Shown: positions 39,085 to 52,761 of the stretch, one piece after another
How the letters are laid out: each line of letters opens with the position of its first letter
Numbering within the stretch: position 1 is the stretch's first letter
Assembly (NCBI RefSeq): GCF_018350175.1
Contig: NC_058382.1
Coordinates: 49,292,001-49,356,000 of the forward strand
Source: Felis catus
Lineage: Eukaryota
Direction of reading: 5' to 3'
Length of the DNA: 64,000 nucleotides
The notes under the pieces: model-generated
Seen by the model: only the letters and a program-made list of their open reading frames with translations
Databases searched by the model: none
Told to the model about the DNA's origin: nothing
Position numbers and translations under genes: made by a program

Positions 39085-39099
39085 CTGCCACCTAGTGGT
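39085..39099 (-). promoter_or_regulatory. CTCF core motif, reverse
   Basis: Plus strand CTGCCACCTAGTGGT = ACCACTAGGTGGCAG on minus; apparently non-repeat context. Confidence 0.65.
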
Positions 39100-40167
39100 A
39101 ATAATTTCTCAGCTTTAAATTTGTAAATGTTCAGGAAATTCTGGGCTCTAAAAATTACACCTTGAGCTCCACTCTGCCATCTCTACCTCAGATTTTCCAA
39201 CTATATCGGAGCCTTTTGTGGGAAAAACCAAGAATATCCTCTATTCATACTGCAAAAAACATTTACACTCTGTTGTATCAAATGTGTCTAAAATGTTTGA
39301 TTCCTTTAAGGTACAGATTGGCCCAAGCCTTTTAAAGCCAGCAAAAACATTTTCCAGATGGGAAAGAAAACTCAGCTCTGTTGGTTTTGTTTTGTCTTTT
39401 TTCCATTTCTGATTTCCATTAGGAAAAGAATCAAAAACATAGTAGTGCAGAGTGTTCTCAATTAAGAAAGTCACAGAAGAAAGTAACGTCTGGTCTGGCC
39501 TGGGGCCTTTAAGCCAGAGTCAGTCCCAGCGTGGACCAGGGAGTTCTAGCAAACTTTCAACCTTCTGAAATCACTGGGGGGTGAGAGAGAATGCCTTCCT
39601 GAAGGGCAGTCCAGAGCCATGGCAGTCAAGAGCTAAGTTCAATGACAAAACATAGGTCATTTTTTTTTTTCAACACAGGCCATTTAATCTAATCATTTTC
39701 TCTTCCTTTATATTGTCTTGGCTTAATATAGCAAAATAAAGGTAGTAATTAGAGACTGTTTTCAGATTATGCTACTGTAAGAAAATTTTTATGGTAGAAG
39801 AAATGTACTTTTCTTACCGTTTTTCTGTTAGTCCAATTTGGAAGAGTTTATCCATAGATCTTACCTGAACACAAGCAGTCAATCTCCCCAGTGGCAGCAC
39901 TGGGGACTTCTGATGTCTGGTTTCATAGGCAATAACCAGTCTCCCAGGACGAGTTATATATTTTCAAAGTGATGGCAGACATCACATTTGACTCTATTCC
40001 TAAGAGTTTTAACTGCTTTTTGACCACAGGTATTACTGGAAAACAGTTACAACCACCATAAGGGAAGAGAGTGGAAGGTCTAAAATCGGAATGAGAAACT
40101 AGAACCTAAGGTGGATGAACCACCGCGCAGAGTTACCATGGGGCTCATCTAAGACTGCACCATCCCA

Positions 40168-40374
40168 GGGGAGCCTGGGTGGCTCAGTCGGTCAAGTGTC
40201 CGACTTCAGCTCAGGTCGTAATCTCACAGTTTATGGGATTGAGCCCCGCATCAGGTTCTGTGCTGACAGCTCAGAGCCTGGAACCTGCTTCGGATTCTGT
40301 GTCTCCCTCCCTTCCTCTGCCCCTCCCCCGCTCTCACTCTGTCTCTCTCAAAAATAAATGAAACATTAAAAAAA
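40168..40374 (+). mobile_element. Can-SINE
   Basis: Head, (CT)n, A tail; no clear TSD. Confidence 0.9.
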
Positions 40375-41551
40375 TGTTTGTTTAATCCTTGTCAACAGAT
40401 TCTAACATCTACTCATTGCTGTGTTGGGTCAGTTGACTGTCTTTTCTATTTGAGTCGTGTCAGCCTGGCTCTTGGTGTGACAGATGATTTTCTATTGTAT
40501 CCCGGACATTTCGGCTAGTCTGTTAGGAGGCTCTGGGTCCTATTTAAGTCTTATGTTTTAGCAAGCAGTCACCCTGTTCACGTTTAAGGTTTCTAGGTGG
40601 GCCTGTCCTACTTTTCTGGACTGTGGTTCCAATGACAATTTAATTTTCAGAGACTCTGTGCTATTATTTTAGGGTGCTTAATTTATCTGGCGCCACTGGG
40701 GCTCCGCTGGTCCCAGCCGGTGCTGCCTGGGGGGACCAAAGGAGTATTCCAGGCCGACTCTCTGGTCTCTGCAGGCACGTGAACAAAGAGAGTTCCTGAA
40801 CCAGGTGCTGGTCATGTTGAGATTCCTCTGCCGGAGTCTCCAGCCACCTGGTGCCTCGGGGGGGGACTGCTCGGTGTCAGCGAGTTCCCAACCGATCTTT
40901 TGCTGGGGCTACTGCCTCACCTGGTGTTGGCAGAGCTCTTGTTCCACCTGGGCTGCCTTCTACTGCTCGGGTGGCGGCTGGAAAAGGCGGGGTGCAGGTC
41001 GCTTCCTTCAGTTGGGTGAGGGGTTGTAAAACGTCCTCCCTCTATGTCGTTCCCCTAGCCCTGGTGTCTTTACCAGCTCGCCTTTCTTTTTCCACCTTGC
41101 AGAGTTCTCTGGTCGTCTCCTGCATTGTTTCCAGAGTTAAGAGCTGTACTTTGCGGGGAAGAGCAGGGAGAGGGAAGTCTACCCTCTCCTGTCCAGACCA
41201 GAACCCCTGGCCCGTGGCCGTACCAGTTCTGATATTTCCTAGGTAGTGTTGCTGCAAACGGGAAGTTCTTCTTTGACATCTGGAAGGATGTTATAAAGTA
41301 TTTTCATAAAGTGAGAAAGGCTAATTGCAGTGTAAAGCGTATAATACGACCACATTATTCTACACACAAAAAATAACTTGTATTTGTTTGCATATTCGTA
41401 TGTGAGAAAAGTGTGTAAGGATAAGCACAAGCTTGTTAACACTAGTTGTTGGGGAGAGTTTGTTTGTTTGTTTCCATGTATTTTTCCACTGATTGCAGTG
41501 AAAACTTTCTGGAAGAAGAAATTAAAATAATTTTTAAAAATCAATTCTGAA

Positions 41552-41712
41552 GGGGCACCTGGGTGGCTCAGCCAGTTGAACAGCTGACTTTGGTTCAGGT
41601 CATGATCTCGCAGTTTGTGAGTTCGAGCCCCACGTTGGGCTCTGTACTGACAGCTCAGAGCCTGGAGCCTGCTTCAGATTCTGTGTCTCCTTCTCCTTCT
41701 CTGCCCCTCCCT

Positions 41713-41758
<46 letters not shown>

Positions 41759-41810
41759 CATGCGCACTCTCACTATCTCTCTCTCAAAAATAAATAAACA
41801 TTAAAAAAAA
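41552..41810 (+). mobile_element. Can-SINE with internal (GT)n expansion
   Basis: TSD AAAAATCAATTCTGAA. Confidence 0.92.
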
Positions 41811-41819
41811 TCAATTCTG

Positions 41820-42078
41820 AAAACTGGACACAACCCAAATGTCCTTCAAAAGGTGAACAGTTAAACACTGTGGTCCATCCATACCATGGAATATACTAAG
41901 CAATAAAAGGAGACAAGCTATTGATACACACAAGCAACGTGGTTGGATCTCAGGGGAATTACGATGAAGAGCCAAACTCAAAAGATTATATACTGTATAA
42001 TTCCATTTTTAGAACATTCTTGAAACTCTACAATCCCAGATCTGGAAAACAAATTAGTAGGTGCCAGGAGCTTAGGAG

Positions 42079-42129
<51 letters not shown>

Positions 42130-42460
42130 CGTAACTGTGGCTATCACAGGGCAGCACAAAGGACCACTGCTCTGTATGTGGACTGTGGTAGCGGCAGATG
42201 CACAAATCAACTGATGATAAAATTGCAGAGAAATTAAACACGCGTGCACGCACACATACACATACACGAGTGCATGTAAAACTGGTGAATAAGGTTGAAG
42301 GATAGTACCAAAGTAAATTTCCTAATTGTGATATTTACTACAATTACACAAGATGAAGCCACAGGGAGAAAGTGGATGAAGAATATACCACGTCACTCTG
42401 TATTATTTCTTACAACCGTATGTGAATCTACAATGACCTAAAAACGGAAGTTTAAAAGAA
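41820..42460 (+). mobile_element. L1MC/L1MD-like 3' end with (GT)n at ~42082-42125
   Basis: CCCAAATGTCCTTCAA...TACTGTATAATTCCATTT...GTATGTGAATCTACAAT. Confidence 0.7.
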
Positions 42461-43124
42461 CAAATTCTGGCACAATAGGATAGTGGTACAGAGAAGTATA
42501 AGCTCCCCGTGCTTAAGTGTTCTTAGTGACAGCTGCTCTCCCCGTCTGGGAGGCAGTACTGAGGCTAAGCATTCTTCCCAAGGAGATGGTTTTCATCTCC
42601 TTTTGCCTTAGTGTCTGTATTCCCACTGTTGCCATCCTAATTAAGGCACAGAAATGGACTTCTAACCACTGTCCCTTTCTACTGTCTCTTCACCTGTAAC
42701 GTGCACATGGTCAAATTAAAACCTGACCTGTCACTCTCCCGTTTAACTCTCCTTGATGGCTCCCCATCTTCTACAGCAGTTAGTTATTTCTCAAGTGAGA
42801 TCTTCAAACCATGGGTGTTCCCAGTTGGTCTGCAGGTCAAGCCTTCAAAGGTAAATAGATAATTTGGTGTGTGTATATGTTTTCTCAAATTTGATACATA
42901 ATATTAACTATGATTTTAATATGTTCTTAATGATATCCTCAAAGATTGCACATGAGCATATAAAGACTATATTGCCATTTAATCTTGTCTATCAAATGAC
43001 TATGCTATTACATTTGCATTTTCATTATTACTAGTACGTAATATACCTCCAATTTGCAAAAATAGATCCATGGCTTAAAAAGGTTAAAAAATTTGACAAT
43101 AGTGATACAAGTGGACTGATTAAC

Positions 43125-44290
43125 TTTCTTACACCACACACAAAAATAAAAAATGGATTTAAGACCTAAATGGAAGACATGAAACCATTAAACTCCTAGA
43201 AGAAAATATAGGCAACAATTGATTTGATATTGGCTGTCACAATATTTTTCTAGATATGTCTCCTGGGGCAAGGGAAACAAAAGCAAAAATAAACTATGGG
43301 GACTACACCAAAATAAAAAGCGTTTTCACAGTAACGGAAACTATCAACAAAATGAAAACCTACTGAATGGGAGAAGATATTTACAGATGACGTATCTGAT
43401 AAAGGGTTAATATCCAATATACATAAAGACATATACTACTCAACAGTTGAGCAAAAAAAAAAAAAAAAAAAAAAAAAAGCCCAATATGGGCAGAGAATTT
43501 GAATATTTTTCCAAAGAAGATATACAGATGGCCAACAGATACATGAAAAGATGCCCAACATTACGAATCATAAGGGAAATATGAATCAAACCCACAATGA
43601 GATATCTCCTTACACCTGTCGGAAGGGCTAGAATCAAAAGACAAGAAATAACAAGTGTTGACGAGGGTATGGAGAAAAAGGAACGTTCATGTATTGTTGG
43701 TGGGAATATAAATTGGTACAACCACTGTGGAAAACAGTATAGAGCCTCCCCCCAAAATTAAAAATAGAAATACCATATGATCCAGTAATTCTACTACTCA
43801 GTATTTATCCAGAAAAAACAAAAACACTAACTTGAGAAAATATATGTTTATGCAGCATTATTTATAATAGTCAAGACATGGAAGATGTTATGTACAATAC
43901 CAAAGTGTCCGTCCATAGATGAATGGGTAAAGAAGGTGTGATGAATACCATATAAGGAACCTAGAAAACAAATGAATAATAAAAACAACAACACCCATAA
44001 ATACAGAGAACAAACTGATGGTTGCCAGAAGGGAGGGGGCGGGGTCATAGGCAAGATAGGTGAAGGACAGTGGGAGGTACAGGGTTCCAGTTATAGAATG
44101 AGTAAGTCACAGAGATAAAAGGCACAGCCTAGGAAGTATGGGCAAAGGTATTGTAATAGCGTTGTATGATGCAGATAATAGCTACACTTGTGGTGAGCAT
44201 AGCATCATGTATAGAGTTGTCAAATCACTATGTTGTACCCCTGAAACTAGTAACATTATGTGTCAACGACACTTCAATTTTTTTAAGAGT
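43125..44290 (+). mobile_element. 5'-truncated L1 3' end
   Basis: ORF2 C-terminal and 3' UTR motifs (GATGGCCAACAGATACATGAAAAGATG...TGTTGTACCCCTGAAACTA). Confidence 0.88.
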
Positions 44291-44311
44291 TCAAGTTTAC
44301 TCCACTTTCTT

Positions 44312-44542
44312 ACTTTTTTAATTAAAAAATTATAATGTTTATTTATTTTTGAAAGAGAGAGTGAGACAGTGAGTGCAAGCAGGGGACGGGTAGAGAGAGA
44401 GGGAGACACAGAATCCGAAGCAGGTTCCAGGCTCTGAGCTGTCTGTATAGAGCCCAACATGAGTTCGAACTCACAAACCTCAAGACCATGAGGTCTTAAC
44501 TGAAGTTGGATGTTTAACCAACTGATCCACCCAGCTGCCCCT
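44312..44542 (-). mobile_element. Can-SINE
   Basis: Tail and head; TSD-like CACTTT.TTA. Confidence 0.88.
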
Positions 44543-44559
44543 CACTTTATTATTTTTTT

Positions 44560-47500
44560 TATTCAACACTTCCAAACATCACTCGGTGCTCATCACAAGT
44601 GCACTCCTTAATTCCCATCACCTATTTAACCCATCCCCCCACCTACCTCCCCTCTGGTAACCATCAGTTTGTTCTCTATAGTTAAAAGTCTATTTCTTGG
44701 TTTACCTCTCTCTCTCCCTCTTCCCTTTATTTCTTAAATTCCACATGAGTGAGATCATATGGTATTTGTTCTTTTATTGGCTTATTTCACTTAGCATAAT
44801 ACTCTCTAGCTCCATCCACATTGTTGTAAATAGCAAGATTTCATTCTTTTTTTTTTATGGCTGAGAAATATTTCATTGTGTATATCTACCACATCTTTAT
44901 CCATTCATCAATCAATGGACACTTGGGCTGTTTCCATAATTTGGCTATTGTAGATAATGCTGCTATCCCTTTGGATGCATGTGCATGTATCCCTTTGAAT
45001 AAGTATTTTTGTATTCTTTAGGTAAATACCTAGTAGTGCAATTGCTGGATTGTAGTTCTATTTTTAACGTATTGAGACACCTCCATACTGTTTCCACAGT
45101 GGCTGCACCAGTTTGCACTTCCACCAAAAGTGCAAAAGCGTTCCCTTTTCTCCACGTCCTTGCCAACACCTGTTAATTCTTGTGTTGTTGAGCTCAGCCA
45201 TTCTGACAGGTGTAAGGTGATCTCGTTGTAGTACCAATTTACATTTCCCTGATGATGAGCAGTGTTGAGTATCTTTTTATGTCTGTTGGCCATCTGTTTA
45301 TCTTCTTTGGAAAAATGTTTATTCATGTCCTCTGCCCATGTTTTTAAAAAGTTTATTTTTGAGAGAGAGAGAAAGAGAGTGAGTGAGTAGGGGAGGGGCA
45401 GAGAGAGAGGGAGAGAGAAAATCCCAAGCAGGCTCTACGTTGTTAGCACAGAGCTCCATGTGGAGCTCAGTCTCACAAACGGTGAGCTCATTACCTGAGC
45501 CGAAATCAAGAGTTGGATGCTAATTGACTGAGCCACCCTGGTGCCCCTTCTGCCCATTTTTAAATTGGATTATTGAATTCTCGGGTGTTGAGTTTTATAA
45601 GTTCTTTATATTGTATACTAACCCTATAAAGGGTTATTTGCAAATATCTTCTCCCATTCCATAGGTTGCCTTTTAGTTTTGTTGATGGTTTCAGCTTTTA
45701 ATTATGATATAATCCCAATAGTTTACTTTTGCTTTTGTTTCCCTTGCCTCAGGAAACATATCTAGAGAGAAGCTGCTATGGCCAAGGTCAAAGAAGTTGC
45801 TGTCTGTGTTTCTTCTATGATTTTTATGGTTTCGGATCTCACATTTAGGTCTTTCGTCCATTTTGAGTTTATTTTTGTGTATGGGGTAGAAAGTGGTCCA
45901 GTTTCATGCTTTTGCATGTAGCTGTCCAGTTTTCCCAAAACCATTTGTTGAAGAGACTTTTTCCCCTTGAATATTCTTTCCTGCTTTGCAGGAGATTAAC
46001 TGACCATATAACTGTGGGTTCATTTCTGGATTTTCTATTCTGTTCCATTGATCTTTGTGTCTATTTTTGTGCAGGTACCATCTGTCTTGATTACTACAGC
46101 TTTGTAATATAACCTGAAGTTGGGAATTGTGATGCCTCCAGCTTTGCTCTTCCTTTTCAAGATCGCTTTGACTACTTAGGGTCTTTTGTGCTTTCACACA
46201 AATTTTAGGATTGTGTGTTCTAGCTCTGCGAAGAATGCTGTTGGTATTTTGATAGGAATTACATTAAATGTGTGGATTGCTTTGAGCAGGATAGACATTT
46301 TAACAATATTTGTTCTTCAAATCCATGAACGATGAATGTATTTCCATTTCTTGGCATCGTCTTAAATTTCTTTCATCAGTATTTCATAGTTTGCAGAATA
46401 CGGGTCTTTCACCTCTTTGATTAGGTTTATTCTACTCTGATTAGGTTTATTCTTATTGTTTTTGGTACAATTGTAAATGGGATTGATTCCTTAATTTCTC
46501 TTTCTGCTGCTTCCTCATTGATGTACAGAAACACAACAGATTTCTGTATGTTGATTTTGTATCCTGTGATTTTAGTGAGTTTGTTTATCAGTTCAAGAAG
46601 TTTTTTGGTGGAGTCTTTAAGGTTTCCTATATATAGTGTCATGTCATCTGCAAATAGTGGAAGTTTGACTTCTTCCTTGCCTTTTATTTCTTTTTGTTGT
46701 GTGATTGCTGCTGCTAGGACTTCTAATACTATGTTGAATAAAAGTGGTGAGAGTGGACATCCCTGCCTTGTTCCTGACCTAGAGGAAAAGCTCTTTAGTT
46801 TTTCCCCATTTATATTAGCTGTGAGTTTTTCATATATGGCCTTTATTATGTTGAGGTATGTTCCCTCTAAACCCACTTTGTTAAGAGTTTTTATCATGAA
46901 TGGATGTTGTACTTCTTGTCAAATGCTTTTTCTACACCTACTGAAATAATTTTATGGCTCTTATCCCGCATTAATGTGAAATATCACACTGATTGATTTG
47001 CAAATATTGAACCACCCTTGCAAACCAGGAATAAATCGCACTTGATTGTGGTGAGTGACTTTTCTTTAAGGTATTGTTGGATTCAGTTTGCTAGCATTTT
47101 AATGAGAATTTTTACAACTGTGTTCATCAGGGATATGGGCCTATAGTTCTCTTTTTTAGCAGTGTCTTTATCTGGTTTTGGTATGATGATAATGCGGGCC
47201 TCGTAGAATAAATTTGGAACTTTTCCTTCCTTTTCTATTTTTTGGAAGTTTGACAAAATAGGTTTTAACTTTTTTTTTTTTTTTTTAATTTCTGGAAGAA
47301 TTTGCCTGTGAAGCCATCTGGTCCTGGACTTTTGTTTGTTGGGGGTGTTTTGATTACTGACTCAATTTCCTTGCTAGTTATCGGTCTGTTCAAGGTTTCT
47401 ATTGCTTCCTATTTCAGTTTTGGTAATTTATATGTTTCTAGGAATCTATCCATTTCTTCTACATTGTCCAATTTGTTCACATATAAATTTTCAAGATACT

Positions 47501-50500
47501 CTCTTATAATTGTTTCTATTTCTGTGATGTTGGTTGTTATTTCTCTCTCATTTGTGATTTCATTTATTTGGGCCCTTTCTCTTTTCTTTTTGATAAGTCT
47601 GGCTAGAGGTTTATCAATTTTATTGATTTTTTTCAAAGAATCAGTTCCTGGTTTCATTGATCTGTGTTTTGTTTTGTTTTGTTTTTTTTAATGTTTACTT
47701 GTTTTTGAGAGTGTGTGTGTGAGCAGAGGAGGAGCAGAGAGAGAGGTAGACACAGAATCTGAAGCAGGCTCCAGGCTCTGAGCTGTCAGCACAGAGCCCA
47801 ACGCAAACTTGTGAACTGCGAGATCATGACCTGAACTAATAATGTCTAACTGACTGAGCCACCCAGTTCCCCCTCTGCTTTATTTATGGATTTTTTAGTT
47901 TCTATATTATTTATTTCTGCTCCAATCTTTATGATTTCCTTCCTTCTGATGGCTTTAGGCTTCCTTTATTGTTCTTTTCTAGCTCCCTTAGGTGTTAGGT
48001 TAGGTTAAAACTTTTCTTGCTTCCTGAGGTAGCCCTGTATTGCTATAAACTTCCCTCTTAGGACTGCTTTTGCCACATCCCAAAGGCTTTGGACAACTCT
48101 TTTCATTTTGTTTCCACATATTTTTTTAGTTTCTTTTCCTAGATGACTCATTCATTGTTTAGTAAGATGTTATTTAACCTCCATTTATTTTTGATCTTTC
48201 CAGATTTTTCCTTGTGGTTGACTTCTAGTTTCATAGTGTTGTTGTTAGAAAAGGTGCATGGTATGACTTTCATCTTCTTGTGTTTGTTATGGCCTGTTTT
48301 GTGGCCTAATATGTGATCTATTCTGGAGAACGCTCCATGTACACTTGAAAGAATGTATATTCTGCTGTTTTAGGATGAAATGTTCTGAATATATCTATTA
48401 AGTCCATCTGGTCCAGCGTGTCATTCAAAGCCATTGTTTCTTTGTTGATTTTCTGTTTAGGTGATCTGCCCATTGATGTAATCAGGGTGTTAAAGTACCC
48501 TATTATTATTATTATCATAGATTAGTTCCTTTATGTTTATTATTGTCTTATGTATGTGGGTGCTTCCATGTTGGGTGCATAAATGTTTAAAGTTGTTATA
48601 TCTTTTTGCTGGATTGTCCACTCTATTGTTATATAGTGTCATTCTTTGTTTAAAAAGTCTTTGTTTTAAAGTCGTTTGTCTGATATGAGTATTGCTACTC
48701 TGGCTTTCTTTTGACATTGATTTGCATGATAAATATTTCTCCATCCCCTCACTTTCAACCTGCAGGTGTCTTAAGGTCTGAAGTGAATTTCTTGTAGGCA
48801 ACATATAGATGGGTCTGTTTTTTTTTTAAGTCCATTCTGTCACCCTATGTCTTTTGACTGGAGCATTTAGCCCATTCACAGTAATTATTGATAGACATGT
48901 ATTTATTGCCATTTTATTACTTGTTTTGTGGTTGTTTCTGGAGTTTTTCCCTGATCCTTTCTTGTTTTTCCCTCCTTCATGGTTTGCTGATTTTCTTTAG
49001 TGGTATATTTGGATTTCTTTCTCTTTACTCTTTGCATATTTATTAGTGGTTTTTGATATATGGTTACCAATAGGTTTGTATATAAAATCTGCATATAGCA
49101 GTCTATATTAAGTTGATGGTCATTTAGGTTTGAATCCATTCTCTTCTTTCCTTCCCATGTTTTAGGTATATGCTAATGTATTTTACATCCTTTTTTTGTG
49201 TGAGTTCCTTGACTGATTTTTTTTTTTTTTTTTTACAGAAATAGTCATTTTTACTGCTTTGTGTTTCCCACCTTTATTGTCACTCTTGGTCTCTCCTTTC
49301 CACTCAAAGAGACCTCTTTAATATTTCTTGCAGGGCTGGTTAATGGTCACAAACTCCTTTGGTTTTTGTCTGGGAAACTCTTTATCTCTCCTTCTATTCT
49401 GAATTATAGACTTGCTGGAGACAGTATTTTTGGCTGCAGATTTTTTCCATTCAGCACTTTGAATATATCATGCCACTACCTTCTGACTTGCCAAGTTTCT
49501 TTTGAAAAATCTCCAGCTAGCCTTATGGGTTTTCCTTTGTAAGTTAATGACTTATTTTGTCTTGCTAATTTTAGGATTTTTTTTTATTACTCTATTTTAC
49601 AAATTTAATTACAATGTATCTTGCTGTGGGCCTGCTTTCGTTGATTTTGATGAGAGTTCTCTGTGCCTCCTGGACCTGTATATCTGTTTCCCTACCCAGA
49701 TTAGGGAAGTTTTCAGCTATTTGTTATCAAATAGTCTGCCCCCTTTCTCTTCTTCTTCTGGGACTCCGAGTCACTGAATTCCCTAGGTCTATCCTCATTT
49801 TGCATAATTTTCTTCTCTTCTGTTCAGTTTCATTGCTTTCCACTACTGTCTTCTAGGTCATTAATTTGTTCCTCTGCTTCTTCCAGCCTGCTGCTGCTCA
49901 TTGTATCATGTGTATTCCTAATCTCATTTTTTCTGCACCCTTCATCTCTGATTCTTTTTTAACTCTTTTATCTCTGTGGCAAGTGTCTCACTGATGTCTT
50001 CCATTCTTTTCTCAAGCCCAGTAACTATACTTATGATCGTTGCTTTATATACTCCATCAGGCATGTTACATATATCTGTTTCATTTAGATCTCTGGCTGT
50101 GGCCTTATCTTCTCTCATTTGGGATAAATTCCTGCCTTCACATTTTGTCTAAGCCTCTTCCTTCTTCTCTGTGTTAGAAAAGCCAGTTATGTCTCCTGTT
50201 TGTGAAAGCAATGGCCTTATGAAGAAGAGGTCATGTAGTGCTCAGAGCCTGGCACTTCAGGGAGTGGCTCTAGTGTGTGCTCTGCTGTTGTGTTCTGGAT
50301 GCTCTATCCTTCAGGTCAATCGTTGCAGAGGCTCTCTTTGCCTACGGTGGGCAGTGTTTGGTCCCTGGCTTGAATGTGGCAAGTTTTAACTAGGAGTGCT
50401 CTGGTCTGCTTGTGAAATGAGACCAGTTACTGCCTCCACTGGAACTAAGACACCTGCAAAACTCTTGTTAGGAGACATGGTATGGGCACAGGTTTGTGCT

Positions 50501-51612
50501 AGTCTTTTGGGAGAGGGGCCTGCCACAATGGATTGAGATATGCATGACTGAGAAAGGCAGTTCCACTGGAAGGGGGGGGGGACTTAGTGTAGCAAATTGG
50601 GCAGCCACTGTCTGTGTTACACTGCTTCCCATTGGTCGGTGTGTTTATGCTGAGGGGGAGGGAAATGACGCCAGTCAGCTCCTTTGTTCCTGGAGAGGTG
50701 TCTCTGTGAACACTGCCTCTTCAGAGATGTGCTCTAAGAACAGCAAATACTCTCCCGACTGTGTACCCTAGGCACTCTTCAAATCAGTTCCCATGCGGTA
50801 TGCCCCTGGATTGTTTGCCTGCCTTCCCTCCAGGAGCAGCACAGTGTCTTCCAGCGTCTATCCCAGCCAAGTCCACTGACCTTTAAAACTCCAGGCTTGC
50901 CCCTCCCCCGTTCATGCTCTGTCTCTCTCTGTCTCAACAATAAATAAACGTAAAAAAAAAAATAAAAACAAACAAACAAACAAAATAAATTTAAAAAAAG
51001 GGGCGCCTGGGTGGCTCAGTCGGTTGAGCGTCCGACTTCAGCTCAGGTCACGATCTCGTGGTCCGTGAGTTCGAGCCCCGCATTGGGCTCTGGGCTGATG
51101 GCTCGGAGCCTGGAGCCTGCTTCCGATTCTGTGTCTCCCTCTCTCTCTGCCCCTCCCCCGTTCATGCTCTGTCTCTCTCTGTCTCAACAATAAATAAACG
51201 TAAAAAAAAAAAAAGTTTAAAAAAAAATAAAATAAAATAAAACTCCAGGCTTTAAGCTCCACTGGTTGCAAGCACTCATGAAATTCGGCCCCTCTCATTT
51301 TCTAAGCCAATGGCCTTGGGGAAATATTCCCCTCATGCATCCGCCTGTGTGCTCTTCTCTCTCATCCTTCTCTGAGGCCACAATTCCCTCTCTTCTGCAG
51401 CAGCCATGGTCCATTTCCCCCCTAAACCATGCCTCTACACTTCCTACCTTCTTCAGTGTGTCCTCTTCTCTACCTTTAGTTGTGGAGTTTGTTCTGTCAG
51501 TCTTCAGGTCGGTTTCTGGGGTATTTAGGATGACTTGATATTTATCTAATTGTGTTCGTGGGACAAGGTGAGCCTAGGGTCCTCCCAATGTGCCACCATC
51601 TTCCTGCTCCCC
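44560..51612 (-). mobile_element. Near full-length decayed carnivore L1 (5' UTR, ORF1, ORF2, 3' UTR) with nested SINEs at 45341-45546, 47665-47872 and 50899-51240
   Basis: 5' end GGGGAGCAGGAAGATGGTGGC on minus at 51612; EN peptide (48318-48518), RT peptide [21 protein letters not shown]...LFADDM (46427-46897); many stops and frameshifts. Confidence 0.92.
50899..51240 (+). mobile_element. Young Can-SINE (51000-51240) preceded by a duplicate of its own 3' end
   Basis: 15-bp TSD TAAAACTCCAGGCTT at 50884-50898 and 51238-51252. Confidence 0.92.
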
Positions 51613-51744
51613 TTGAAATGCAAATATTTTTAAAATATTAGACTTTGGAAAAATATACATATATATTAGGCTTTTGTTCTGGTAACTTAGAAATTCAAAA
51701 GGAACACAGGTGTTGAAAGAAGAGATTATGTAATCTTTTACTTC

Positions 51745-51933
51745 TGTATGTATGTATGTATGTATGTATGTATGTATGTATTTATAGAGAGCCCATGAGT
51801 GGGATAGGGACAGAGAGAGAATGAGAATCCCATGCAGGTTCTATGCCCAGGGCTGGATCCCATGACCATGACATCATGACCTCAGCTGATACCAAGAATC
51901 AGATGCTCAACTCACTGAGCCACCCAGGCACCC
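51745..51933 (-). mobile_element. Can-SINE with (TATG)n tail
   Basis: TSD ATTATGTAATCTTTT. Confidence 0.85.
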
Positions 51934-52453
51934 CAACATTATGTAATCTTTTAAGCTTTAAATTTCTTAACACTCATTATGATGATTTTTTAGTTTTAGA
52001 AGACAAGGTTATTATAATAAACTAAAACAATAAAAACATCTAATTCTTGATGAGGACAGATAGGGACAGATTTTACATTAGTTTGAGCAGTGGGGAACAA
52101 GAAAAGACTGTTCTCTGCAAATGGTGTGATTTCATTTAAGAAGGTAACAGATCCTTTATCTTAGTATAAATCAGTCAACCCATCCTGTGATGGCCATTAC
52201 AGCAGCCTCAGCGCAAATGAAAAACAGACAGTGGAGAAATTCGGGCTTCCTGGGCCACGTCCTTTATCAGCCTCCCAACCTACCTGTTGCACCTCGTTTC
52301 TCAGCTCAGTCTGCGGAGATGCCGGCATCTGACCTTGGTCAGAGCCCAGGCTATATACCTCTGCTCTCACACTGCACACAATCTAGGCTTCTCTTACATC
52401 ACGGTGCTCTGTGCCTGGCAACATAGGGGACAAAGTAGATGCATCATCCTGAA

Positions 52454-52680
52454 CAGTGTTTTCCAAATGTTTTGACCACAACCCTCAGTTAGAAATGAAG
52501 TTATGTTGTGCATATACACTCATAAACAAGTTACACAAAATGATATTCACTGTATGTATGGTATATGTTCATCTTTTCTCTTCTACTCTATTTCAATTTT
52601 TTTAAATGCTAGTTTTTATCCACTAAATCAATGTCACAATCCATTATTGGGTCCTGACCTACAGTTTAAAACATAGTGAT
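52454..52680. mobile_element. hAT-Charlie-like MITE remnant
   Basis: CAGTGTTTTCCAAA...CAGTTTAAAACATAGTG degenerate inverted ends. Confidence 0.45.
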
Positions 52681-52761
52681 GCATGACATGTTTTGAGACA
52701 TGTAGTTATATTTCTTAAGTTAATCAATTTGGAACAGAAAAATTCTTAAAAAAAAAAAAGT

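Noticed and set aside
46427..46897. Reverse transcriptase ORF with FADD motif as a possible novel RT system
   Set aside because: Ordinary piece of a decayed L1; flanking ORF2 sequence is broken by stops, frameshifts and SINEs.
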